Shown here piece after piece: positions 22,470 through 33,354 of a stretch of 64,000 nt of DNA. The position numbers were made by a program, and so were the translations under genes. The notes beneath the pieces were generated by a model. It did not search any database, was not told the origin of the DNA, and was given only the letters and a program-made list of their open reading frames with translations. Where the stretch lies: positions 124,001-188,000 of the forward strand of contig JAKMXF010000210.1 of assembly GCA_024704765.1 (NCBI GenBank). Reading direction: 5' to 3'. The number at the start of each line of letters is the position of its first letter. Position 1 is the first letter of the stretch. This DNA comes from Oopsacas minuta. Its lineage: Eukaryota > Animalia > Porifera.

Positions 22470-22838
22470 TCAAATCTTTTGTATTTTTAAGATAATCTCC
22501 TCAATTTGAATTTGAAGCATTATACGTTCAATTTCTAACTGTTTTTTCAAATTTTCTAAGTTATAAAGTTCTCGCTCAGCCAGTTTCTCTTTTCTCTTAT
22601 TTTCTAGCTGATTTTTGGTTGTTGCTCTCTTCTTTGTCTGCAAGTATCTATCATTGCGTAGACCATCTATTTGGCCTTTAGTCAATTTTCCAAGCATAAA
22701 CAAGTCGTTAATTTCCCTGTTAAAAAAGTCTATATTCATATCATATTTTTTCTTACTTTTTATAGAATTCTCAAGCTTATGTATTCTTTCATTAATGAAT
22801 GCATCTGTTGTGTAAATATCTGTTGCGTTGGTTGCCAT
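22470..22838 (-). CDS. Orphan 122-aa Lys/Glu-rich coiled-coil ORF
   Basis: ORF only, very AT-rich; no family recognised. Confidence 0.35.
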   Translation of the reverse strand: MATNATDIYTTDAFINERIHKLENSIKSKKKYDMNIDFFNREINDLFMLGKLTKGQIDGLRNDRYLQTKKRATTKNQLENKRKEKLAERELYNLENLKKQLEIERIMLQIQIEEIILKIQKI

Positions 22839-23433
22839 GATGAGTTGCAATTCAAATGTTTGAAATTTGATGAAATCTCTTAATTTAAACTTGGCATTTT
22901 GTATTTTCCCTCCACATTAACCTCATTTTCTAGATATCCTCTAATAAAAAACAATCTTCAGGTGGGTTGGTATAAATCCTATGTATAATTATTTACACAA
23001 TCCGGCTATGCTATTTGGTATTGCTGCGGTATAATAATACTGTTTCATTACAAGAAATTAAATGCTAGTCCCTTTTAGGTTTCCTATTAAGCATTATTAT
23101 GAACCATATTATTCTATTTTGTGTAGTTTATCCTAGCTGAACTATGATTCGGAAATGTATTTACATAGTGTTCACGAGGTTTTTCATTAATCTGCTTTAT
23201 TCAATGTTTAATTTACCACTTCAATCTGTCCATTAATACATTACAAAATTGCGTTTTCTCTTTACAGTTATTATTATTTGCTTAATTAATGTCATTAATA
23301 AAAGAGCTAATACAATGTTTAACAGTTGGAACTAGTTCAAGTTATTTATATTTTAAACATTGATATTTTCAATACAGTCAATACACCTTGAAAAACAAAA
23401 TATTGCTATTGAGAGAACTCAGTCTTTCGTCAT

Positions 23434-25367
23434 TTATTGAATATCTTTCTCTTTAAACTTTGAATGAACTGTTCCAAAAGTGACCGGGAATAGAGGTGGT
23501 ATGTTCAACTGAGCTTCAACTCCTTCTAGCAATGTTTCCAATTGTGTGCTGTATGATTTGTAGATTTTTGCTTGATCTATATACGGTAGTAAATGTTCTG
23601 GAATCTTTTCTGGACAATCTAATTGATATTTATCATCACCTTTATGGAGAGTTGATTCTTGTGAAGTATACTTAATCTTGATTCCACACACGAATGTCAT
23701 CTCTATGTCAGGACTAGGCGAATTCTCCATTATACAGCATTTACATACTTCCGTATTAAGAGTCAGTTTTGGAGTTTTGGTTCTTAAATGTTGATGAACT
23801 CTAAAGCGAAAAGATATTTCTTCCTCAGTTTATCTGGCAGCTCTTGGTAAGTATGTTTAGAGACTATTTTAAATGCGGGATGTGATGAAGACACGTACAA
23901 CTCGTGTTCATTTGTAGGTAGAGTGATTGAACTTTGTTTAGCAGCTGTTTTCTTAAAGAGTGTTACATTGAATCCGTCTGGTGATATCAGGAATATCTCT
24001 GAAACTTCTCTTGACCCTTTCTTATAGAGAAATAGAATTGTAGCTAGTTTGTCTGTTAGCTCAACATCTACATTACGTAATGTTAGAGATATTGGTTTGA
24101 GACGAGAAGTATTCAAAGGAGTAAATTCTATTATTTTGGAGCCGATAAGAGAAGGAAGAGCAGTAGTGTGTAGACTGACTTCTGATTGTGTATGTAGAGA
24201 GGGAGGAAGAGAAGGAAGATGGAATGAATCTGTACTATTAGAATGAAAAAGTGGTCTACCGTCAAAACCAGATCGATTTCTAGAGTTTATAAAATCTGAT
24301 CTGTGTACTCTGTGGTTGAGAATAGGACCGCTATCTCTACGTGGCAGTGTCGGAAGAGAGTTTGAGCTGAGATTATTCCTGTTAGGCTGAGGAGACGGGA
24401 GAAGACGAGTAGGAGGCGTGGGAGGTTGTTTCGGAATTCTCTGATAGGAATACTGTCTCAAATGACTATTATCTTGTTGATTTATTGTGGGCATAATAGG
24501 GACAAACCTCTCTGGTTCATCTCTATACACTCTAAATGTATCTGTAGGTTTACTTTCTTGTATATTCCTCAGAATAAATGGATGTTCTATTACACTAGAT
24601 AACTCTATACGATCTAACGGACTCTTCTTCAATAACATTTCTAGTAAATCTTTTGCTGCTATAGAAACACCATTCGGTATCACAAATCTACAAGTTGCCA
24701 TCTTTCTAAACGCGCTTTTTAGTCCATTATTCTCAAGCGGACTATTCCCAGTCAGTAGAATATACATGATACATCCGAGTGACCAAATGTCTGAATAAAA
24801 ACCTTGTGAATCACTGGAGAATATCTCTGGAGCCATGAAGTCTAGAGTCCCACAAATAGTAGTGTGTCTCTGCATCCTGTCAGATATATCAGTTGCTAGT
24901 CCAAAATCTCCAATTTTTATCTGGTATGAACGAGTTAGAAGTATATTTGAGAGGGAGAGATCTCTGTGTAGAATTGAATGAGAATGTAGGTACATTAGTC
25001 CGGTACATATCTGGAATAGAACACAAGCTGTCTCTCTTTCATTCAACTTTAGATTGTTCTGTTTGAGGTAAGTAAATAATTCTCCGTTGTGACACAATTC
25101 TAACACCAAATAGACATATTTATCACTCTCAAAGTAGGAGAGAAGCTCTACAACTGAAGAGTGTTTGAGTTTAGAATGTATTGCTACTTCTGATTTGACT
25201 CTATCTAATATCCCAGCTGATCTCATGGATTCCTTGTCAATTATCTTGATTGCAACTTCTTCATTACTTCGTTTCGAGTGAGCTGAATAAACTGTAGCGA
25301 ATCCACCCTTTCCAAGTTGAGGGCCCAGAATAAAATCTTCTATACTCCTGCCCAGAGTTGTTACCAT
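23434..25367 (-). CDS. PLK4: Polo-like kinase 4 (intronless), with a 1-nt frame break at 23786-23788
   Basis: IEDF..GKGGFATVY..AIKIIDK..LVLELCHNGEL kinase domain; PB1 PLNTSRLKPI; the shifted frame LRTKTPKLTLNTEVCKCCIMENSP joins PB1 to PB2. Confidence 0.92.
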
Positions 25368-25760
25368 GCGTCGATTGCTAAAATACATTTTAAAATTCAG
25401 TAAATATTTACTTGTTCAGCTGTTTAAGGTATTTATCTACTTACCACCTCTTTAGCTCGCTTGGTAATACGAGACATTTGTGTATATTGTGTCATGTATT
25501 ATAATGGGATTTTGTTTCATAAATACTATCAATTAACGATTTGTGAGTACCCAAAACACCGTAATACAATACAATTCAGTTTATTTTGGTTGTAATTTAA
25601 TCTGAATAATTCTTATTTCAAAAACTCAAACTCAAAAGTTGAATATTTTGATTTTGAACATCTTTACCAACAAATAACACAAATTTGGATATTATTGGAG
25701 AAGATAGAATTTTGATGTTAGTTTTCATAATTTACAAAATGCAATAGTTTTGGATTAGCT

Positions 25761-26817
25761 ATGTTCCCTAATATCCCGCTCACTTATCGGGACAAAGAGA
25801 AGGAATCTTCCAAATTGGATAATATCTACATAGACAGGAAGAATATTCTACATACCAGTTCCTCTCTCAATTCAACTCCACACTCAAGAGATGTACAGGC
25901 ACACCTGACAGATGAATTAAACCACATTCCTAATGGTGAGAATAGTAACTACATAGTTGTAATTTCAGGAATATACTTATTCAATTTGTTAACAGATGAC
26001 ATCGTTGGGCGATTGGATGTAGCTCGTAAATACTTTTCTGATATTCTTGAACACACTACAACACACCAACACACTCTTCAAGGAATTAAATCAGTATATG
26101 AGAATATTCTGTTCTCAGAGGAAGACAAGCTAACGAATGAAAGAACTCATCCCTCTCCTCTCTCTCATAGTGTAACTACAATCAGAGAGGAAATAGAGAA
26201 ATCTCATAATAGGTTAGCTAAGAAGGAAGCGGAATTATACAAGCTTTATTACGATAATATAAAGTTACAAGAAGAGCTGAAAGACGAGATTAGTTCTATA
26301 CGCAAGTTGGAAACTCAGGTACATAGAATTATCTATCATTTATGCATACAGACGATTATTATTTAATTCTCAGAATCGCAGGGAGTCAAAAGAAGACCAG
26401 ATGCTAATTTTACCAATCTTGTCATCACACACAAGTCTAATCAATCTTCCTCAGAAAGAACAAGTTGAAAAGCTTCACATTATTTATCATGAGCAAGACG
26501 AAGTTCTATCTGACGTAAAAGATGAGCTTAAGAGGAAGTATGTCCCTGCGGCAGAGTGTAAATACGTGGAGATGTGTATTAACGATGTAGAGGTACATCT
26601 TTATACGATTAGTATTAAACATAATCATCAGTTAATGCAAATCATTTAATAGGTAATTATCCAGAAGGAGAAACGAGTTAAAGAATCATTGAATGAACAC
26701 TTGAATGATTTAGTTCAACAAATATCTTCATTACTCTCAGAGATACCTTTCTCTCCACAAAAAACAGAGATGATTATGCAATCTTTATTGAGTAATACTA
26801 GTTTGCAAACTGAATAA
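25761..26817 (+). CDS. Coiled-coil protein with a TSNAXIP1_N/C6orf118-like segment; exons 25761-25935, 25996-26318, 26374-26592, 26653-26817
   Basis: RLDVARKYFSDIL...LQGIKSVYE resembles the TSNAXIP1 N-terminal family motif; in-phase GT-AG introns. Confidence 0.5.
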
Positions 26818-27027
26818 GATTTGGATGAGACACGAAGGTTTATTGTTTGATTTATCACTTGTGAATTGTTCATTATATATGGAACATTTCACTTATTACG
26901 CAGTGTACATTGTTGATTATCTTAAAATATGTTGAAATCTATTGGATCTTTACAGTAACAGCTAAAACCATAACAAAAGGTTTTCAACGTATTTGATTGT
27001 GTGTTTCGTTGTGTATTAGAATCCATA

Positions 27028-28425
27028 ATGGCTAACTTGCTACTCTTCGGTAAGCTATCTTGTGCAGAGACGGCCAAAGCAGAGAGAGTTCTAGATACCC
27101 TCACTACTAGATTACCTGCTTTCTATGTTCATAAAGAGTTGATTGAAGATAAGAAGTGGGATACAATAATATCAAAATATTTAAAATCTCAGAAAATGAA
27201 TTCTGAAATCAAATACTCAAGTCCTCTCATTTTCCGTGAACTTATTGAGCGTGGTGGAAAGAGCATTCTTGTCGGGGGACTACCTGAATTGCTTGATTAT
27301 ACAAAACATTATTATAGCCTGGATCTGGACCTAGAGCTTGACTATGAGAAGATCAGTTCTGACACACAAAAGCAGGAAAAGTATAAAAAGGAAACTTTAA
27401 ACTTATTTTTAGATACAATTCCACAAGATTATTTGATTTGTATTATCACTAGTTCTGATTCAGATTCAGATTATTTCTATAATCTATTGAATCTAATTAG
27501 TGATGATTCTGTATTCGGTAAAAGGAAACGATCTGTTTACATTCTATCATCTGAGGAACCACAGACAAAGTATATGGGATGGGTATTGGAGTTACAGGAC
27601 ACTGCGTCTCCATATGTTCATGAAGTTAAGTGGTTTGAGTACAGTAATTCAATACTAAAATCTGTTGATTTTATATTTTGGCATCCAAGTGAAATTACTC
27701 AAAAATCAATAGAGACAACTCTCTCTGTAATTATTCGCTCCCTCAAATCTAATACTAATAAATACAAATGCTTGATTTCTGGTAAGCATTCCTTTGAATT
27801 AATGGTGTATCTACGTGAGAACTTGAAGCAAGAAGAATTTACTGATAGATTCATATCCTCAGGTTTATATGTTGAAATGAAAGCAAAGTCTATAATAGCT
27901 GGTAAGCTAAATGTTAATTCAAAGTATGTATCTGATGTTATCGTATTGGGAGATCCATGGGGTACTCTTGCTGTTGACTTTTCAGTGATAATCAAATACG
28001 CTAAGATACAGACTTACCAGGGAGGAATAAGAGGACCAACTTGGTTTAAGATTTTAGGGAACGATGTCATTTATGAAAAAGATTGGGATTCTACCACTTT
28101 TAAAGATCTTTTGAAAGAGAGCCTTAAAAGCGATACTCAGTATAATGTTATTGCTGCTTCTCTGGCTAAACAGGCTACGTATTGGGTTTCAGATACAATT
28201 ACTGATACAATCTTCACTTCTACTGTTTCGCATCAAGAATATGCAACGGATCCTCTTAAATTGAACTCTCTAGGCATACCATTTAGTAACCCAGTCACTT
28301 ATTCGAGTGAGAGTAATACTTGGAAGTTGGTTGAGTTTGAATTCAATGAGAATGAACTTACATTGTTAGAAGAGATAAAGGAAAGGTTGAAAGGAAGAAA
28401 ATCTGCTATCTTATCAATCCAGTAA
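27028..28425 (+). CDS. MDH1B: Malate dehydrogenase 1B-like
   Basis: N-terminal glutaredoxin-like part LFGKLSC..AKAE...SPLIFRELIERGGKSILVGG...HYY; C-terminal MDH-like IIAGKLNVNSKYVSDVIVLG. Confidence 0.88.
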   Translation: MANLLLFGKLSCAETAKAERVLDTLTTRLPAFYVHKELIEDKKWDTIISKYLKSQKMNSEIKYSSPLIFRELIERGGKSILVGGLPELLDYTKHYYSLDLDLELDYEKISSDTQKQEKYKKETLNLFLDTIPQDYLICIITSSDSDSDYFYNLLNLISDDSVFGKRKRSVYILSSEEPQTKYMGWVLELQDTASPYVHEVKWFEYSNSILKSVDFIFWHPSEITQKSIETTLSVIIRSLKSNTNKYKCLISGKHSFELMVYLRENLKQEEFTDRFISSGLYVEMKAKSIIAGKLNVNSKYVSDVIVLGDPWGTLAVDFSVIIKYAKIQTYQGGIRGPTWFKILGNDVIYEKDWDSTTFKDLLKESLKSDTQYNVIAASLAKQATYWVSDTITDTIFTSTVSHQEYATDPLKLNSLGIPFSNPVTYSSESNTWKLVEFEFNENELTLLEEIKERLKGRKSAILSIQ

Positions 28426-28606
28426 CTCATCACAAACTCGACATATTATTATTATTATTATTTACAGTGTATTTACTATTAATATCAACCTATTCTCAAT
28501 ATGCTTATAAGCTACTCCTGCATTCGACTATTTCTCTTTGCTCCATCAATGGCTATTGAATACTAACTTTATTTGATCATATTTCTAATAAGATCTAGCT
28601 TCTAGT

Positions 28607-28795
28607 ATGAACACAAGCCTGAATGCAACTCAAGACACTACCACTACAGCTCAAAAAGTGATGGTATACATTTGCGCAGAATGTCATCATGAAAATGAAC
28701 TCAGCTCACGTGCACATATTAGATGTGTTGATTGTGGCTCTAGGATTATGTATAAGAAACGAACCAAGAGGTATGTTGTGTTTGATGCCAGATAA
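28607..28795 (+). CDS. POLR2K: RNA polymerases I/II/III subunit RPABC4 (RPB12)
   Basis: [10 protein letters not shown]...[24 protein letters not shown]. Confidence 0.95.
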   Translation: MNTSLNATQDTTTTAQKVMVYICAECHHENELSSRAHIRCVDCGSRIMYKKRTKRYVVFDAR

Positions 28796-29270
28796 AATGC
28801 TAATATAGGTTTCTTATACATTGTTGCAGTATTCAATTCTGATAATATGGACTCTTTAGTATGCCGGTTATTCCGGAAATTTACTATTGTTATTCTATTA
28901 GTTTGTAAGTTTAGTTACTTTTCTTCTCAAATTCCATTCATGTAAATAATACAGCGTATAAAGCATAGGTTTGTGAGGTATTATAGGTCGTGCAGCCGTA
29001 GAGCATGATTGTATCGTATTCCTATAAATTCTATCTATTCTATCACTAAACTGTAAAAAGTAGTTATTTCAAACCTCTCTTTACATGTCTTTTCTACTAT
29101 CACACCAAATATGACCGTATTTGAAATTCTATCCTTATAATGCGTGTACTATATGCGTATATATTATGAAAACATCATAGATAAGACCTTTCAATTCCTA
29201 ATAGAGTTATTCATTATTTATTAATTACTTTCTAATATAATTTACGCATAATTAGCTCATATACAAGGAA

Positions 29271-29975
29271 ATGAGAATCCTAACTATTTTGAAGACATAT
29301 CTTTTCTTCTTCAACATATTCCTATGGATAGTAGCAGTAGCTCTTCTAGCTGGAGTAGCTTACTACTTCTACGCAGCAGATCAGTACAAAGGAGTAGCGG
29401 AAAATAGAAATATACTTGCCTACACTGTAGTCCCGTTAGTTGTACTTGTTCTTGCGGCAATAATGTTATTCGTGGTATCAGTACTAGGATTGATTGCCAT
29501 TTGCTTCAATGTCAGGGTTCTGATTATTCTGTACGGTATTCTACTCGCTTGTGTGATTGCTGCACAGCTCGCTGGAGGGGTGTTTATATTATTTGTCCAA
29601 CGTATTGTGCTTAACGAGCTAGTCTTTGGGTTTGAAGAGAATCTACCTACCTACAATGCTAGCATTGCCTTCACAACAGCTGTTGATACCATTCAACGCC
29701 AACAAATGTGCTGTGGGGTTAATTCGTATGCTGATTGGGAAAATATTGGGATTCCTGAATCTTGTTGCATTTCTGCTGGCTGTACCCCTAATGAGTCTAA
29801 CATCTATACAGATGGTTGTCTCACCAAGTTATCTACAATAATATTACTGTCTGCAGGTATTACTATTAGTGTAGCTTTTGTATTTGCTTTTATACAGTTA
29901 TCTGGAGTTGAGATAGCATTCTTTCTAGGCATATGCTGTTGGGAGGAACAAGATGAGAGCGTGTTGGAGAGGTAG
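29271..29975 (+). CDS. Tetraspanin paralog A
   Basis: 4 TM segments; LEL with CCG, DW and SCC...GC. Confidence 0.92.
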   Translation: MRILTILKTYLFFFNIFLWIVAVALLAGVAYYFYAADQYKGVAENRNILAYTVVPLVVLVLAAIMLFVVSVLGLIAICFNVRVLIILYGILLACVIAAQLAGGVFILFVQRIVLNELVFGFEENLPTYNASIAFTTAVDTIQRQQMCCGVNSYADWENIGIPESCCISAGCTPNESNIYTDGCLTKLSTIILLSAGITISVAFVFAFIQLSGVEIAFFLGICCWEEQDESVLER

Positions 29976-30441
29976 AGAGTTTTCCTTCAGTATTAATTAA
30001 CTTATAAATATGTTTTTTTGCTCTCTTTACACTCATAACTTTAGCTATAAGGTGTTGTGTCTATTTGATGTGTATATATTTTGAAATACTCAATGGGCTA
30101 TTTTAGTTAGTCCATTTGAACTTGTGTTTTGAAAGTTTGCTGTTAATTAATATTATTTCATAAAATATTAAGGTTTATTACTCGTTACTCAACCGGAATT
30201 TCTCCAGAAACTAGGATGGCGGACGGTATTTTATTTTATTTTTTATGGGCTAGTTAATATGTAAAAAATGGCGAGCATTCGATTATCTAATCACATTCCA
30301 CGCTTGGACTGAGTCACAATATTCGCTAAAATTCCGGATTAGATTAAAACCGGATCAATCGGGTCAACCCAGTCACTAAATTTGATTTAATCATCAAATA
30401 TTTAAATAATTCTCTATAGAAATGATAATAATTTATTCTTT

Positions 30442-30920
30442 AACAAGCGCGCTTCGCTTGCTCGCGCTACTCGGTTGCGAACACTTCGTGTCTACACTCA
30501 GGCCTACGACCCTCGAGTACATAAACTCATAATCTTAACCGTAGCAAACATGATACTGCCATAATCTTTAAATCTGATTACTTTATGTCCCCCAAAGTGA
30601 ACAAATATTTATGAAATGTTGTTTACAATATCATATTTGGACTCAGCATACTCGATTATACCAGTATAGCCGTTGAAAGCATGTTTCTACCGCAACTTTG
30701 AATTTTGTTTACTTTATATTCATAAAAACAAATGATTAATCTAAAAATGTGAAAATCGGATTCAGCATGTTCGATATATTTAGTGAAGTTTAATTTAATT
30801 CTATTTACTTCCTTTATAAACACGATAAATACATAGTTAAGCGACAATTTCAAAATTGCATACCGTGAATCCTTTCCTTGACAACGGACGAACAAACAAA
30901 CGAACAACGATTGAGTTTTA
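30442..30920 (-). mobile_element. Helentron-associated non-autonomous element (DINE-1/HINE-like)
   Basis: On the - strand: (GTTY/GTCC)n microsatellite near the 5' end; GC hairpin GCGCGAGCAAGCGAAGCGCGC followed by TTGTT at the 3' end; second copy at 32948-33132. Confidence 0.55.
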
Positions 30921-31630
30921 ATGTGATTAAAGTTGCCTTTTCAACATGAAAAATAATACCTAATACTAATAATTATGTAGAAAACTGGGTTAGAGCGTGT
31001 CGTTACAGGCTGGCCCACCTGGTCTGAGCTCATTGGATAAACCTAGTCACCGGGTTACCAGGTCAGAGCTTAACGGGTCAACTGGGTCATGAAATCTTGT
31101 CCCTGTCAAAGCCTGTCACATTCTCTCTTGGAATAAAAATATTGAATTTTTCAACAATACAAGTAGTAAAATGTGGATTGCACAATCTATGACCCAAGAA
31201 TTTCCATATATTTGGAAAAATACAAATATAACTTTCCGAACGGGGTCAAATTTGAACTGACTTTGTATTTCCAAATAAGCCAATTTCCTACATTCATATA
31301 TTTGAATCAACATGCGGACTCCTTACCTTACCATTGCTGTAATATTAGTTCAAACAATAGAAATTCTTGCAAAATTCTACTTATTAGGCTACTCCACATA
31401 CTTACAAATATACTATTATAATATTCCAGGTTTAGATCGTATATGTTATATTGATATTTGAGACAAAGAGACATTGTAGATCCCTCACTGACTTGAAGTA
31501 AATGTATGCATATGGTTGCAAGGATTTTATAGCTTTTGAGAGATGAATGTAATTGTAATTATAATAAACTACTTTAATACCTGTGTAATCAAAAGGGTAG
31601 TCTTTTGTCCATTCTTTTTTATACACATAA

Positions 31631-31987
31631 GGTCAATGTTAATGAGAAACTTGTTTCAGCTCCACATTAGATCCAACTGGACATGCATGCGGGCGGGCGG
31701 TTCATTATTATTATCTTATTATTTTGTGAGGTATCAGCTGGAAAATTGGTTCATTGACTTAATTCATCAAAATATTATAATTACTAAAGTCAAATTTGAT
31801 ATGAGAATAGGCTAGGCTATGAAAAAGATATTTCTATTGTACTCTAGCTAGTTTATACACCTTGTAGTTGAAATACATTGAGAAATGGTGAAATAATTAC
31901 AATAATTACAATAATGATAATATTAGTGAGGTAGCCAAATCAGATGCGGGCGGTGGAGCTGAAACATGTTTCCAACTAACAGTGGCC
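31631..31987. mobile_element. PIF/Harbinger (Tourist-like) MITE, 357 bp
   Basis: TAA|GGTCAATGTTAATGAGAAACTTGTTTCAGCTCCAC ... GTGGAGCTGAAACATGTTTCCAACTAACAGTGGCC|TAA; 3-bp TAA TSD; paralogous empty site near 33325-33335. Confidence 0.85.
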
Positions 31988-32012
31988 TAATAATTAGCCC
32001 ATTAACGAGGAA

Positions 32013-32789
32013 ATGATCTTCCGGATACTTCTTCTCTTGATTAAGGAAAGGTATATCTGTAAAATAGTTTCGAAGACCTGTCTTTTCTTCTTCAACATAT
32101 TCCTATGGATAGTAGCAGTAGCTGTTCTAGCTGGAGTAGCTTACTACTTCTACACAGCAGATCTGTACAAAGGAGTAGCGGGAAATAAAGATATATTTAC
32201 CTACAATGTAGCCCCGTTAGTTATACTTGTTCTTGTGGCAATAATGTTATTCGTGGTATCAGTACTAGGATTGATTGCCTCTTGCTTCAATGTCAGGGTT
32301 CTGATTATTCTGTACGGTATTCTACTCGCTTGTGTGGTTGCTGCACAGGTCGCTGGAGGGATGCTTGTGATAGGATTCCAAGGTCCTGTGCGTACCGAGC
32401 TAGCCACTGGGTTTAGAGAGAATCTACCTATCTACAATGTTAGCATTGTCTTCTCAACAGCTGTTGATACCATTCAATCCCAACTAGGGTGCTGTGGAGT
32501 TGATTCGTATACTGATTGGGAAAATATTGGGATTCCTGCATCTTGTTGCATTAATACCATAACAGATTGTACTCCACCTAATAAGTATAACATCTATACA
32601 AAAGGTTGTGGCACCAAGTTAAATGCAATAATAAAACAATCAGCAACTATCTCATTCTTTGTAGCTATTGTATTAGCTCTTATTCAAGCCTCTGGAGTTG
32701 TGGTAGCATTCATTCTAGGCTGTTGCTGTTGTAGGAAGGAACAAGATGAGAGCATGATGGAGATGAGGAGAAATCTCCCTAAGTATTAA
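32013..32789 (+). CDS. Tetraspanin paralog B
   Basis: 4 TM segments, CCG, DW, SCC; CDS closest to paralog A. Confidence 0.92.
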   Translation: MIFRILLLLIKERYICKIVSKTCLFFFNIFLWIVAVAVLAGVAYYFYTADLYKGVAGNKDIFTYNVAPLVILVLVAIMLFVVSVLGLIASCFNVRVLIILYGILLACVVAAQVAGGMLVIGFQGPVRTELATGFRENLPIYNVSIVFSTAVDTIQSQLGCCGVDSYTDWENIGIPASCCINTITDCTPPNKYNIYTKGCGTKLNAIIKQSATISFFVAIVLALIQASGVVVAFILGCCCCRKEQDESMMEMRRNLPKY

Positions 32790-32947
32790 TTAACTTATAA
32801 ATATGTTTTTTGCTCTCTTTACACTCATAACTTTAGCTATAGGGGTGTGTGTCTATTTGATGTGTATATATTTTGAAATACTCAATGGGCTATTTTAGTT
32901 AGTCCATTTGAACTTGTGTTTTGAAAGTTTGCTGTTAATTAATATTT

Positions 32948-33132
32948 TAAAATCTCTATTGTTGTTTGTTTGTTTGTTTGTTTGTCCGTTGTCAAGGAAA
33001 GGATTTATGGTATGCAATTTTGAAATTGGCACATAACTATATATTTATCGTGTTATCAAAGAAGTAAATAGAAGTGAATAAAACTTCACTAAATATATCG
33101 AACATGCTGAATCCGACTTTCTGATTAATCAT
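32948..33132 (+). mobile_element. Truncated second copy of the HINE-like element
   Basis: gtttgtttgtttgtccgttgtcaaggaaagg...gaacatgctgaatccga matches the reverse complement of 30740-30920. Confidence 0.7.
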
Positions 33133-33354
33133 ATGTAAATTTATTGTTATTTTTATTAGAGACATTGTAGATCCCTCACTTACTTGAGGTAAATGTATGC
33201 ACATGGTTGCAAAGATTTTATAGAACAAACGCTTTTGAGAGATTAATGTAATTGTAATTATGATAAACTACTTTAATACCTGTGTAATCCAAAGGATAAT
33301 ATTTTGTCCATACTGTTTTGATACACAACATAATTAGCTCATTAACGATAAATA

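Noticed and set aside
25368-27027. RFX X-box motifs upstream of the cilia-associated genes
   Set aside because: Only half-site matches, expected by chance
28920-29060. Possible small RNA gene between POLR2K and tetraspanin A
   Set aside because: No box C/D, H/ACA, Sm or Pol III signals that I can support
29973-29996. Stop-codon readthrough in tetraspanin A (in-frame RVFLQY after TAG)
   Set aside because: Explained by a recent nonsense change relative to paralog B; the context is not a known readthrough motif
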